Source: an archaeon
GTDB taxonomy: Archaea; Undinarchaeota; CAZHTU01; JBDRCC01
Assembly: GCA_043822065.1 (NCBI GenBank)
Contig: JBDRCC010000006.1
Coordinates: 1 to 64,000 of the forward strand
Reading direction: 5' to 3'
Length of the DNA stretch: 64,000 bases
The notes below the pieces were generated by a model that searched no databases, had not been told where the DNA came from, and saw only the letters and a program-made list of their open reading frames with translations. Numbering within the stretch: the stretch's first letter is position 1; every line of letters begins with the position of its first letter. A program made the position numbers and the translations under genes. Positions 10,401 through 20,574 of this stretch are shown one piece after another.

Positions 10401-13400
10401 GGCGACTTTGGGGCGACGCGGGTTTACAACCTCTCCCTGCCGCTGCTGGACTACGTGTCCTCCTCCGGCGCCGCCTGCACCATGCTCTATTGCGACGTGC
10501 CGATTAACGTGACCAAGGGCATGGGCTACCGCGTGAACTTTGACACGCTGGCGATGGGCTACAACACGCCGCCGGTTATCACTAGCCCCTCTGATTATGT
10601 GCTGTACGACAATGCGTGCGCCGGATTGCCGCTGGTCGTGCCAATAAACACTACTGACGTCGATGGCGACGCCATAACATTCAGCCTCGTTTTGGTATCC
10701 CCTCCTGCGCCGGTCGTAACCCTGAGCGAAACCGGCGTCCTGACGTTCCTTGCCCAGCCAGCGCAGGCAGGCATATATACTATAATAGTGAGGGCAACGG
10801 ACGAGCATGGCCTTTCTGACCCAGTCCTGTCCCAGCGGACGCTGACTTTCATGACTGGCGTGTGCCCCGGCCAAAGCGCCGGCAACTACACCTGCCCTAA
10901 CTGCACAGGCGGCAACTCCAGCGGGTGGGGCGAGGGCGGCGTTGCCAACAACGAGACCATAGGCTACGGCTGCATCAAGCAGATATGCAGGTGGGACTAC
11001 GCCGGCGGGGACTTCTGCATCTGCATGAACGACACGGACAGCTGCGTTCACGTGAACTCTACAGGCATGGCGCAGTTCTACCAGGAAACTGCCAGCGTGC
11101 CGCCTTTCCCGACCATCACTGCATTATGGTATGACGGCTACGAGCCAGACGATTTCGTGTGCCACGACGGCAGGTGGTCGGCCGACCCGCTGCATAACTT
11201 CGATACCTACGCCAGGGACTCGTTCCTCGCTGCAGGCTCTCACGAATCTGCAAGGATACTGGTCCCAAAAAATGCCCTGCTAACGAATGCCACCCTCGAC
11301 GTAAGGGTAGTTGCATGGTCTACCACAGGAGGGGAAAACCGAGTTGACTTGGATATCGGCTCGGACGGCGTGGTTGACTACTCAGTAGTCAAAAACAACC
11401 TAAACATCTCCAGCCGCCAGAGGCTTTACGTAACTCAGGTACTGCAAAACTACCTGGACAACATATGCGCCGCCGACCCCTGCACCATACCCCTGAACGT
11501 CACCATGCAGGACGCCGGCTATGTGGAATTCGATGTCAATTTCATAGAGTACAACCGCCCGCCGGTTATTGATGCCCCCATACCCAACCAGACTGCGCTC
11601 GTAGGGGTGCCATTCCTGCTGAACCTTTTTGCTTACGACTACGAGGACAGTGCGACATTTGTTATGCGCACTGACCAGGAAGGCGTCGTAGGGCCGTTGT
11701 CCGCGTCGTGGGATTTCGCGGGCGACAGGTATTACCACAGCGGGCTGATAAGCTTCACGCCGGCGCTCGGCCAGAAGGGGGAATACGTTGTCTGGGTTAC
11801 TGCCGAGGACAACCACCTGCGCAACGCCTCCTCAGACACCACAACATTCAACCTCAACATCGTGAGCGAAACCATATGCAGCAGCGACGCCGACTGTGTG
11901 TCCGGCATCTGCAACTACGACTGGGACGGGCAGAAGTTCTGCTCAGACGCAAGGGATATATGCGTCACGAACAATGACACTGCCAGCGTCATAAACATCT
12001 TCAAGGTCCCAAGCAAGTCTTATCCGCCATTTGCAACAAATGTTGCGGACGTTGACTATGGCACCCAAAACTACGGCTATCCCTACGTGTGCTACAACGG
12101 CTGGTGGTCCGAGGACCCGTTCCAAAGCCAGCTGACCTTCAGTGACATCGGGTTTGCCTCCGCAGGCAGTGACAACACCACCGCGGTGCTCATCCCGAGC
12201 GGGGTTCAGATTTTGGGGGCGATGATGGGCGTAGTGTCGAACGTAACCAGCGCGTCAATAAACTTTGGCGCGGACGGCACCACCGAGTTCACCGGCATTG
12301 CAGAGAATTATACCGAGCTTAACATAGCAGCTGCCCTGAACGCGTATCTTGCCTGCGCAGCCGCGGAATGTACTATACCTATCGATGTGCAGAGCAGTTC
12401 CGGGGGTAACGTCATCCTCTATGCGCTCAGGGCAGAGTACAACCACCCGCCAGAGCTCCTGAACGTAGCAAACCTCACCGCAGTGGTCAACCAGCCGTTT
12501 GCCTACCAGGTGCTGGCGTCTGACCCGGACGGGGACGCCCTGTCGTTCGACGACACTTCAAGCCTGCCTGCCAAGTACGGCGTCCTATCAAATGGCTCGT
12601 ACGAATGGGCGAACACAGACCTCCAGGACGTCGGCACCTACAGCGTGAACATAACTGTTGTGGACCAGCACGGAATGCGCGCCAGTGCGGAGTTTACCCT
12701 CCGCATAACGAGCGACACGGTATGTGCGAAAGACACCGACTGCCTCTCAGGCTACTGCAGGAACGACTGGGACGGCGACAAGTTCTGCGCCCTTAACGGC
12801 ACGAAGTGCGTCTCCAACAACTACCACCAGCAGGGCGAGCTGGAGAACTTTGACAGCCAGGGGCTCTTCCCGGCGGATGCCGTGGATGCGGACATCGCTG
12901 GCTACCGCTGCAACATTGGCCACTGGTCGGAGGACCCCCTCGGGCACAACAGCGACACATTTGACAGCCACACCTTCCCTTCGCCTGGCGACTACTCAGG
13001 CATTGCAATAAAACTGCCCCCCTACTCATCAATAATCAACAGCCCGCCGCCGGCAATCTGGACTGATTCTGATGTCGCTGGAGCGATAACTATAGGCAAC
13101 TACCTCCCGCACACAATCTCTGCAGGCTATCACGAGCATGCCATTGGCCCAGACCTGGCAGACTACCTCTCCCAAAACTGCGCGCCCGAAGCTTATTGCA
13201 CTATACCCGTCACAGTGCACGCAAACGCGTCAGGGACAATCGACGTGGACAACCTGAAGATACGGCTGAACTGGCCCCCGTACTGGGACCCATACCCTCC
13301 TAACCTCACAACGGCTGAGGACACGCCAATATTTTTCCAAATTAATGCAGAGGACTTAAATGTAGGGGACAGCATAAGCTATTCGGCAAATAACTCGCAG

Positions 13401-16400
13401 GGGTTCCCGGATGCTGTGTGGTATGATAATGGCACAGAATGGACGCCGCCAGCTGACTTCTACGGCCCGTGGCGCCTAACCCTTTATGCCACAGACGGAT
13501 ATGCCCCGGTGCCCGCGTACATAACAATATACGTCACCCCAGTAAATGACTGCCCGGTTGTCGCCAACATACCAAATGTCACCATCCTTGAGAGCAGCTT
13601 CAGCAATTCAACGACACTGGACAGCTATGTCACGGACCCCGACAACACAATGGACCAGATATCATGGGCTTATTCAGGCAATGTGCACCTCAATGTTTCA
13701 ATAGACCCGGCGGCGCCGAGGCGAGTCACGCTCGCGCCATTAACCCGCTGGAGCGACGAGTGGAACCCAGAAACAATCACATTTACTGCATCCGACGGCG
13801 CCTGTTCATCAAACCAGAGCATCGGTGTGCGCGTGATACCTGTGAATTACATGCCAACTATCACAGACATCCCAGACGTCACGTTCTATGAGGATTCCTA
13901 CAACGAAAGCATCCTTCTGGACGATTACATAGACGACCCCGAAACCCCCGACGCCCTGATAAGCTGGACTGCGAGCGGGGGCGTTTACGTGACACTTGGG
14001 CTGACTGCCTCCAGGTTTGCCCATATCAGCGCCACCCCCCACTGGAGCGGAACTGAAACATTAACACTGACGGCCACCGACGGGCAATACAACGTTTCTG
14101 ACAGCCTTGCTGTAACCGTCCTGCCTGTAGATGATGCGCCAGTATTGCGGCCATATGGCGAGCAGACTGCCTACATCCAGCGGGTGTTCCAGAGCTCTGT
14201 GGTGGCATTAGACCCGGATGTCCCGCCTGATGTACTTACTTTTACCGACAACACATCGCTATTTGTCATAAACCCATCAACCGGCAGTATCTCCTTCACT
14301 CCGACGATGGAGCAGATGGGCAGCTATCCAGTCGAAATCTGCGTATCTGACTCTACGAACCTAACCGACTGCCTCCAGACAGTATTCCATATCAAGAGCA
14401 GCATACTCTGCGACCGAGACATGGACTGCGAGTCAGGCTACTGCAGGCAGGACATCGACGGCGAGAAGTACTGCGCCCACAACTCGACAGTCTGCGTCGT
14501 GGGCAACTACACCAGCGTCACTTTTGTTGGCTCCCAGCCGCTTTTCACAACCGACGTTTCAGACGGCGTTGGCGACCCGTATCGCTGCATAAACGGCTAC
14601 TGGTCCCAGGACCCGTTCAAGTCATCCTCAACATCAAAGACGAAAGCATCAAGCATAACCTATGACCAGCTGGATCCGCAGTGGTTCTTCATGGAACGTG
14701 TGCTGAAGGAGGATGCAGGAACAATAATCGGGCCAACAGATTCGCACTTCGTAGACTTTGATGATTCCAACGGCGTAGATGTACTCTTTACAGACACTCT
14801 CGGCGGGGCAGTCACCCTTCTGCGGCAGGAGGGCATCAACAACAGAATTGCGAACTTCAGCGAGCGCACACTCTTTTTCGGGCTTGCCAATCCTTTCGGG
14901 CTAATGGCATGGAGCCATGAGTACGATGGTGACTATGATGACCTGCTGTTTGAGGAGATAAACTCAACCACCTTCCGCTGGTTTGAGAACACCGGCGACA
15001 ACCAGAACTTCATCGAGCATGTAATCTCCGACAGCCTCACTTCGCCGGTAATCCCTGCCGACACGCACATACAGCAGTTTGGCTCGACAGTGCGGTTTGT
15101 CACATTCCACCAGAACGGCGAGCTGGTCATTTGGGAGGGCAACCACCTCGCGAACAACACAATGGTTCCCCGCGTACTCATGTCGCTTGAGCCAGACCCG
15201 GCTGGATTGATGCGGAGAAACAACATATACCGCCTTGATTTCAATCATGCAGGCTCCCAGGATGATTATGTTGTTGCGAGGCAGAACAACATATCCTGGT
15301 ATGAGAACGACGGCACGGACTCCTTCACTGAGCACCCAATTGCAGGAAGCGGGATCGTAGACGGAGTAGTCTACGACATGGTCGTGACAGACTTCAACCT
15401 CGATAACAAATATGACGTAGTCTTTGCAACCGCGTCCAAGCTCGCGTGGTTGGAGAATGACGGGGACGGCACCTTTACAACGCACCAGATTGCCACCCAA
15501 GGCCACAGCATGTACGGCATTCCAAAAAATATCGTTGTGCAGGATATACTGGGGCGGGCGATTTGTACCTCTTGTGCATACTACGACTTAGTCCTCGCGA
15601 CTGACACCGCCTTATATCTCTACGCGAATGCTGACAATTCCATCTTCACCTCCTTCAAGATTACCGACTCGCACCCGCCTGTGCTATCCTATGAAATAGA
15701 CGCCATGCAGCTCGGGTCTAACTATGTTGACATTGGGATGACCTACTACTCGGAACACAAAGTCTCCGTTTGGGAGAACATGCGCCGCGAAGCCCTCCTT
15801 GGGGCTGGGGAGGCTACATCATTCCGAATTCCGAAGAATGCCTTGCTAACTTCGGCCAAGGTCGACGTGACAAGCACTGTGCAGTATGAGGGCCAGGGCA
15901 ACAAGCCCCTGACTGCGGAAATCGACATAGGCGGCGACGGGCAGAATGTCTCCACGTGGACCGACCAGCTCAAAGGCCTGGACTTCACCCAGGCGAAGTC
16001 GCCCTGGACCATAGACTTCACTTCCGAGCTCCAGTCTATTCTAACCAATTGCACGGCAGACGCAGGCGTTTGCACAGTGCCTATAACTGTCTCAGCAGAG
16101 GGCGCTGGCGGGGTCGTGCTCGACAAGCTCAGGATTGTGTACGGCGCAAACCAGCCGCCATTTTTCCTGCCTATCCAGGACCAGCTCCTTAATGTCGGAG
16201 AGCAGCTCACCCTCCTTGTCCATGCCGTCGATCCGGAGGGCAGCCAGGTGAACATAACCGACAACTCACCGCTGTTCAATGCCGAGATGCTGAACAAGAC
16301 CACCGGCAGGATAGTCTTCAATGCGACACCTGAGCATGCTGGCGCTATCTATACTATTGGGCTGACCGCAAAAGACCCCGAGGGGCTGACTGCCACTGCA

Positions 16401-19400
16401 TCCTTCAAGATAATCGTGGTTGCCCAGAACCGGCCGCCAGTGATAACCCCAATACTGGACCAGGTCGGATTCGAGAACGTCACCTTCCACTTGTTCGTGC
16501 TGGCCAGCGACCCGGACGGCGACCCGATAACCTTCGCAGACAACACTTCCCTCTTTGAAATCGGCGCCACAGGGCTTATCGAGTTCATCCCTCAGCGCGC
16601 CGATGTCGGCGAGCACTACATAATGGTAAGCGCCGCAGACCAGTACGGGCTGGCTGCATACGAGGACTTCAAGCTGACAATACGCAGGATAAACAATCCG
16701 CCGGTGCTCTCGCCGATACCGGACCTTGTTGCAGTTCCGGGGCAGGAGTTCTACTACAAGGTGACCGCAACCGACCCGGACGGCGACCCGCTGGCGTTTA
16801 CCGACAACTCAACCATCTTTAACATATCTGCGGGCGGGATAATCAATTTCACTGCAACAGACGCCAACCTTGGCGAGCACCCGACGGAAATATCCGTTTC
16901 GGACGGCCAGTACTCCGACAAGGAGCAGTTCCGCCTCAAGGTGCAGAGCATCTCCTACTGCGTAAAGGACTCAGACTGCGTCTCCGGATACTGCAGGCAT
17001 GACTGGGATGCTGAGAAGTTCTGCTCAGCCAACTCGACGGCATGCGTTTCCAACTATGAGACTGGGGCGGTAAAGAGCTACCCGAGCGGCTCGCTGTTCG
17101 ACACGGACACTGCAGACAAGGATGGCGAGGGCTACAGGTGCAGTCTCGGCCACTGGTCAGAGGACCCGTTCTCCACCAAGGACACATTCTCCAAGATTGC
17201 CTTTAGCCATTCCGGGTATGACACGTCCACTCAGATAAAGCTGCCGCGCGGTGTTACGATAAGCGACGCCAGGCTGCTCACCGAGGCATACTCAGCGATG
17301 TCCATTGACGTAGGCGTAGACGGCACTGAGGAGTACACCAGCAGGTACGAAAACCTGATTGCGGGCTCTGGCGGGCAGTTTGGCTCAGCCCTTGCAGCAG
17401 CCGGCGACGTAAACCGGGACGGCTACGCAGACATACTAATCGGCGCAAGCCACGGCAACACTGCTTACCTCTACTTCGGCTCGAAGACAGGTGCCACAGC
17501 CAAAGACTCAATCTCACTCACGAAGCTGTCCGGCTTCTTCGGCGCGTCAGTTGCTTCGGTCGGAGACATCGACGGCAACAACCTCATAGACTTCATAGTC
17601 GGCGCACCTGGCAACAACTCCGCCTACATCTACCTGACGTATCCAAACCTAAGGTACAAGGACCACGAGTTCCGGCTAAGCGCCCAGACTGGGGACTTTG
17701 GCGCCGCAGTTTCCGGCGCAGGCGACGTGAACTCCGACAACTTCAAAGACTTCATTGTAGGCGCGCCTGCGGCAAACAAGGCGTATGTCTACTACGGCGT
17801 CTACAAGAGCGTAAGCACACAGCCAGCTGTCAATCTAACCGGTCCGGCAGGTTTCGGCTCAGCGCTTGCCGCGGCTGGGGACATAAACAATGACGGGTAC
17901 GACGACATAGCCGTCAGCGCCCCAGATTCAAAGAAGGTCTTTATCTACTATGGCTCTTCCGCAGGAATACTCGCTGACTCCTACCAGGAACTTTCCGGCG
18001 AAGGGCTGTTCGGCTCGTCGGTGGCATCCGCAGGCGACGCCAACGGCGACGGATTCTCCGACCTAATCATCGGCGACCCGTTCTCGAACAAGGCATACAT
18101 CTACTACGGCAACGCGACAATGCTTGCGCAGCCAACTATCCTCCAAAAGCTGTCCGGCTTCTTCGGAAGCACGGTATTCAGCGCGGGCGACGTCAACAAC
18201 GACGGCTACGGCGACGTAATCATCAGCGCATACCAGACTGAGAAGCTGTACGTATACTTCGGCAGCGCAAATGGAATAGACCCATCCTCTGAAGTTATAA
18301 TAGACAAGGCGACAATCGGCGCCTTCGGCGAGGCAATTTCGCCGGGCGGCGACATAAACTACGACGGCTTCGACGACATAATATTCGGCTTCCCGCTCAA
18401 CAATGAGGTTTATGTCTATTACCTGAACTCAGAGGGCGTGGACCTTGGCACCCCAATCGAAATAGTTGACATAAAGGGCGCCCTCCAGGCCAATGTCGAC
18501 TCCTGCTCGCAGGACGTATGTACTGTGCCTGTGAAGATTACTTCAGGCTTCCCGCGGAACGTCACTGTCGACTCACTGCGCATTGTGTACTCCGTGCCTG
18601 GCGAAACCATTGTCATCGAGCAAAATGCAACTGCCAAACTGCCAGAGGGCGCAGGCTGCACAAGCCCTGAGAGCTGCCTGACTGGCACCTGCGTAATCTG
18701 CGGCAGCACTGGGCACTGCTCCGTCAGGAACTATCTTGTCGGGGACGGCTGCTGCCAGGCTGGCGAGGACGGGGCGAATTCTCCTGCCGACTGCTGCAAG
18801 ACGGGGGACGGCGTCTGCACCTCCAACTGCCAGCTCTTCCAGGACTACGACTGCCTGGTCGCGGAGGAAGAGGAAGAGGTTTTCCAAAACGAGATACTCC
18901 TGCAATTTTCCTCGCTCCCAAAGGATGGCATCCGTTCCAAGGTGATAACCAAGAAGTACATTGACCTTACTTCATTCGCAATCGACGTGAGGAACGACCT
19001 TCAGGACGTTTCATTCAGGATAAAGTCCTACCGGGCGCTTGACGAGCCGTTCGTCAAGCCGGAGGGGATACCCGACGCCCCAGGCCTGGTCTACAGGTAC
19101 TTCAGCATAACTCCATACGACATCGGCAACGCAGATATCGACACAATAGCTCTGACGCTGAAGGTTGCAAAGGACTGGATTGCTGCAAACAATATTGATG
19201 AGAGCAAAATAACCGTCTACGAATACGCCAACAGCTGGGTTCCGCTCACGACGGGCTACCTAACTTCCGACCTGAACTTTGCATATTACGCCACCTCCCT
19301 GGAGTCCCTCTCTTACTTTGCCATTTCCGGCGGGGAGCCAGGCATAACCGAGGCTGGCAAGGTGCCTGCCGAGGTCGACAAGGGCGCAAGGCTCACGCTT

Positions 19401-20183
19401 CCGATATTCTCCGTGCCGCGCGAAGCCAACATCCTTGAGATTTTCCCAGTCGACGTGCGCGTCGCCAATATCGAGGGCGCGACGCTCCAGGACATAAAGC
19501 TTGAGTTAGTGGCGCCTGACGGCTGGACTGTTTCAGAGCCGCAGACATTCCAGACGCTCTCGCCAGGCGACTTCATAGACACCAGGTTCAAGGTTGCGAG
19601 CAAGGTATACGAGGCGCAGACTCCAGTGTCATTGACTTTCCTGATGACCTCCGGCGGCGAAACCGTGCTTACAAAGGAGGTTGAGCTCCAGGTGAATGTG
19701 CCTGACTTCCTGGTCGTGCCAGACCCGAAGATTCTCCTGGAAGGCAAGGGTCAGCTGAGGGTGTACACAATAATCAACAGCGACAGGTATGAGGGCGAGG
19801 ACCTGTCCATTGAAATGAACCTCAACGACCGCGGCAGCACAATCCTGACTGACGTGTACCGCCCGCAGGTAACCAAGGGCCTGACAATCAAGTACCAGGA
19901 CTACTCCCTCACAACTCCGCTGGAAGACAAGGACTACAAGGTCAAGGCAGTAATGTACCTCAGGGGCATACCTGTGGGCAGCTCCGAGACTTCCGTTGAC
20001 CTGTCCAACATCGTGCCTGCGAAAGTTGCGATAAGCGCCCCGACGACAGTGCTTGTGGGTGTGTTTGCCGGATTTGCTGTGCTGCTCTTGCTAGCATACG
20101 GTGCGATGAAGCGCGGCTACCTTGACAAACTCATTGCGTCATTTGGCAGGCTCCGCGAGCTTAGGAAGCCGATATACAGCTAA
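7461..20183 (+). CDS. Giant 4240-aa surface adhesin-like protein: N-terminal 7-repeat beta-propeller, six Cys-rich modules, cadherin-like/He_PIG Ig repeats, VCBS and FG-GAP propellers, PGF-pre-PGF, NEW3-like domain, TM anchor
   Basis: Signal peptide; repeats of ALDSSGNVHVAW...IYYKKLD; ASDPDGD/NxPP cadherin-like repeats; WYENDG (VCBS-like); FGSALAAAGDVNxDGYxDI FG-GAP repeats; YYATSLESLSYFAISG; C-terminal TM. Confidence 0.9.
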   Translation: MGWSEHKSLLALLPIFLLLLLLAPPAAAASLGNVSWGNDTKLTSNTALSEYPVIATDQYGNVHVAWQDYRDVYGRIYYKKLDNTGTNLTGDVRVSDIVNYNALGPSLALDSSGNAHITWYDKRNGASGWFYDIYYTKINGATNATIVNDIYLTNTHLVYMYQPNYIPKRGVALDSSGNVHVVWGGDKRNTGEYYEIYYKKLDNTGSTLVPDTRLTNNPANHYSFSPSLAVDAAGNVHVAWNKYPYPWRTYYKKLDNTGGSLTGDIGVSNSSSFHSYFPSIAVDAAGNVHVAWYDTRDSYSRIYYKKLNSAGTNLTGDVRVSDIVNYNALGPSLALDSSGNVHVAWHDARTGRNEIYYKKLNTTGGNLTGDVRLTTKTGSYASLYPALTVDASDNIHLTWQDNRDGNYEIYYKRGTQGPPPPPLEVPLFDAECPGGYLRRDIDQDLLCSNNATNCVSTNTGTGALFYQPSQEPPYLTNKPNGTTNVYYCYKGYWSNDPFNNKLTYAINPSPADISYWDSFTVPASVKGGDPGNEKIYLYNASLAVTEYGRDALLSKESSNIVDNWDLSTSASALDRGVFGGSDIIFVGGATYGQAYIAPYLYSGGALTPKANVLMDVYGASNIKLNDLKVADINGNKILVTGSRKLPNANASFFLASYGYNSAGEGTFTPAYTFYRDEGAGNDGGNAIAVYDFGGSKKILVAGYGSNLAGSGNTDAVLWDLATNGDTITFEDVKYINSGRDDEAYDVVVGNFSGTPVIFAVGTTDLTAFIQAYTYSGGSLVAKNYAFPDFSAGRDVFLAAAVMNIRGEDKIVVTGYSEPSPGASIYDLLIAAYSYNLTTDTITEDGRLTLDRGGTEIGKGIDSFTLGGMPMLAVTGGDVNVNTNQSDMVIRVFSYLHGSFTLKTMLQENLTSSDRDIGSDILASNDGVLKFFETGDISLFDGDIFKDKYAYRLHLYNYSIPHYAGTTIRIGNAILSDGKMLGDFGATRVYNLSLPLLDYVSSSGAACTMLYCDVPINVTKGMGYRVNFDTLAMGYNTPPVITSPSDYVLYDNACAGLPLVVPINTTDVDGDAITFSLVLVSPPAPVVTLSETGVLTFLAQPAQAGIYTIIVRATDEHGLSDPVLSQRTLTFMTGVCPGQSAGNYTCPNCTGGNSSGWGEGGVANNETIGYGCIKQICRWDYAGGDFCICMNDTDSCVHVNSTGMAQFYQETASVPPFPTITALWYDGYEPDDFVCHDGRWSADPLHNFDTYARDSFLAAGSHESARILVPKNALLTNATLDVRVVAWSTTGGENRVDLDIGSDGVVDYSVVKNNLNISSRQRLYVTQVLQNYLDNICAADPCTIPLNVTMQDAGYVEFDVNFIEYNRPPVIDAPIPNQTALVGVPFLLNLFAYDYEDSATFVMRTDQEGVVGPLSASWDFAGDRYYHSGLISFTPALGQKGEYVVWVTAEDNHLRNASSDTTTFNLNIVSETICSSDADCVSGICNYDWDGQKFCSDARDICVTNNDTASVINIFKVPSKSYPPFATNVADVDYGTQNYGYPYVCYNGWWSEDPFQSQLTFSDIGFASAGSDNTTAVLIPSGVQILGAMMGVVSNVTSASINFGADGTTEFTGIAENYTELNIAAALNAYLACAAAECTIPIDVQSSSGGNVILYALRAEYNHPPELLNVANLTAVVNQPFAYQVLASDPDGDALSFDDTSSLPAKYGVLSNGSYEWANTDLQDVGTYSVNITVVDQHGMRASAEFTLRITSDTVCAKDTDCLSGYCRNDWDGDKFCALNGTKCVSNNYHQQGELENFDSQGLFPADAVDADIAGYRCNIGHWSEDPLGHNSDTFDSHTFPSPGDYSGIAIKLPPYSSIINSPPPAIWTDSDVAGAITIGNYLPHTISAGYHEHAIGPDLADYLSQNCAPEAYCTIPVTVHANASGTIDVDNLKIRLNWPPYWDPYPPNLTTAEDTPIFFQINAEDLNVGDSISYSANNSQGFPDAVWYDNGTEWTPPADFYGPWRLTLYATDGYAPVPAYITIYVTPVNDCPVVANIPNVTILESSFSNSTTLDSYVTDPDNTMDQISWAYSGNVHLNVSIDPAAPRRVTLAPLTRWSDEWNPETITFTASDGACSSNQSIGVRVIPVNYMPTITDIPDVTFYEDSYNESILLDDYIDDPETPDALISWTASGGVYVTLGLTASRFAHISATPHWSGTETLTLTATDGQYNVSDSLAVTVLPVDDAPVLRPYGEQTAYIQRVFQSSVVALDPDVPPDVLTFTDNTSLFVINPSTGSISFTPTMEQMGSYPVEICVSDSTNLTDCLQTVFHIKSSILCDRDMDCESGYCRQDIDGEKYCAHNSTVCVVGNYTSVTFVGSQPLFTTDVSDGVGDPYRCINGYWSQDPFKSSSTSKTKASSITYDQLDPQWFFMERVLKEDAGTIIGPTDSHFVDFDDSNGVDVLFTDTLGGAVTLLRQEGINNRIANFSERTLFFGLANPFGLMAWSHEYDGDYDDLLFEEINSTTFRWFENTGDNQNFIEHVISDSLTSPVIPADTHIQQFGSTVRFVTFHQNGELVIWEGNHLANNTMVPRVLMSLEPDPAGLMRRNNIYRLDFNHAGSQDDYVVARQNNISWYENDGTDSFTEHPIAGSGIVDGVVYDMVVTDFNLDNKYDVVFATASKLAWLENDGDGTFTTHQIATQGHSMYGIPKNIVVQDILGRAICTSCAYYDLVLATDTALYLYANADNSIFTSFKITDSHPPVLSYEIDAMQLGSNYVDIGMTYYSEHKVSVWENMRREALLGAGEATSFRIPKNALLTSAKVDVTSTVQYEGQGNKPLTAEIDIGGDGQNVSTWTDQLKGLDFTQAKSPWTIDFTSELQSILTNCTADAGVCTVPITVSAEGAGGVVLDKLRIVYGANQPPFFLPIQDQLLNVGEQLTLLVHAVDPEGSQVNITDNSPLFNAEMLNKTTGRIVFNATPEHAGAIYTIGLTAKDPEGLTATASFKIIVVAQNRPPVITPILDQVGFENVTFHLFVLASDPDGDPITFADNTSLFEIGATGLIEFIPQRADVGEHYIMVSAADQYGLAAYEDFKLTIRRINNPPVLSPIPDLVAVPGQEFYYKVTATDPDGDPLAFTDNSTIFNISAGGIINFTATDANLGEHPTEISVSDGQYSDKEQFRLKVQSISYCVKDSDCVSGYCRHDWDAEKFCSANSTACVSNYETGAVKSYPSGSLFDTDTADKDGEGYRCSLGHWSEDPFSTKDTFSKIAFSHSGYDTSTQIKLPRGVTISDARLLTEAYSAMSIDVGVDGTEEYTSRYENLIAGSGGQFGSALAAAGDVNRDGYADILIGASHGNTAYLYFGSKTGATAKDSISLTKLSGFFGASVASVGDIDGNNLIDFIVGAPGNNSAYIYLTYPNLRYKDHEFRLSAQTGDFGAAVSGAGDVNSDNFKDFIVGAPAANKAYVYYGVYKSVSTQPAVNLTGPAGFGSALAAAGDINNDGYDDIAVSAPDSKKVFIYYGSSAGILADSYQELSGEGLFGSSVASAGDANGDGFSDLIIGDPFSNKAYIYYGNATMLAQPTILQKLSGFFGSTVFSAGDVNNDGYGDVIISAYQTEKLYVYFGSANGIDPSSEVIIDKATIGAFGEAISPGGDINYDGFDDIIFGFPLNNEVYVYYLNSEGVDLGTPIEIVDIKGALQANVDSCSQDVCTVPVKITSGFPRNVTVDSLRIVYSVPGETIVIEQNATAKLPEGAGCTSPESCLTGTCVICGSTGHCSVRNYLVGDGCCQAGEDGANSPADCCKTGDGVCTSNCQLFQDYDCLVAEEEEEVFQNEILLQFSSLPKDGIRSKVITKKYIDLTSFAIDVRNDLQDVSFRIKSYRALDEPFVKPEGIPDAPGLVYRYFSITPYDIGNADIDTIALTLKVAKDWIAANNIDESKITVYEYANSWVPLTTGYLTSDLNFAYYATSLESLSYFAISGGEPGITEAGKVPAEVDKGARLTLPIFSVPREANILEIFPVDVRVANIEGATLQDIKLELVAPDGWTVSEPQTFQTLSPGDFIDTRFKVASKVYEAQTPVSLTFLMTSGGETVLTKEVELQVNVPDFLVVPDPKILLEGKGQLRVYTIINSDRYEGEDLSIEMNLNDRGSTILTDVYRPQVTKGLTIKYQDYSLTTPLEDKDYKVKAVMYLRGIPVGSSETSVDLSNIVPAKVAISAPTTVLVGVFAGFAVLLLLAYGAMKRGYLDKLIASFGRLRELRKPIYS
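7711..8479 (+). repeat. Intragenic direct repeats in the N-terminal propeller; 91-bp identical pair at 7711-7801 and 8389-8479
   Basis: Direct comparison shows ccggcacaaacctgaccggc...cagcagcggcaa identical in both copies; shorter shared blocks such as tactacaaaaagctc and gtccacgtcgcctgg recur in other blades. Confidence 0.9.
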
Positions 20184-20241
20184 GAAACCAGGCTGAAACC
20201 AAAAGATTATATACTGTCTTTCTATATATCCCTCGAGGAAT

Positions 20242-20508
20242 ATGGTATACGTCTTTGGCATAGATATGCCCATAATGGAGCTACTTCTTGTATATGCTGT
20301 CCTCTCTGGGATAAGCCTTCTTGTGCTTGTGTATGAGATCTTCAAGCTGAAATCCCTGCTGCTTACCGAGAAGAAGGCGCTGACCGAGTTTGAGACGGAT
20401 ATAAACCGGTTTGAAGCCGAGGAAAAGAAGCTAGAGGAAGAGGAAAGAAAGCTTGCAGAGGAAGAGGCAAGGCTTGCCCAGGACGAAGCCGCCCTTGAAG
20501 AGGCTTAA
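20242..20508 (+). CDS. Small single-TM protein with an acidic coiled-coil tail
   Basis: N-terminal hydrophobic helix, then an E/K-rich heptad tail; TATA-like element upstream. Confidence 0.7.
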   Translation: MVYVFGIDMPIMELLLVYAVLSGISLLVLVYEIFKLKSLLLTEKKALTEFETDINRFEAEEKKLEEEERKLAEEEARLAQDEAALEEA

Positions 20509-20574
20509 GCCTAGCTGCTTTGGCAGTCCAACCCAGAAGCAAAATTAAATAAAGCCATCTAGCATTCCTCCGTT

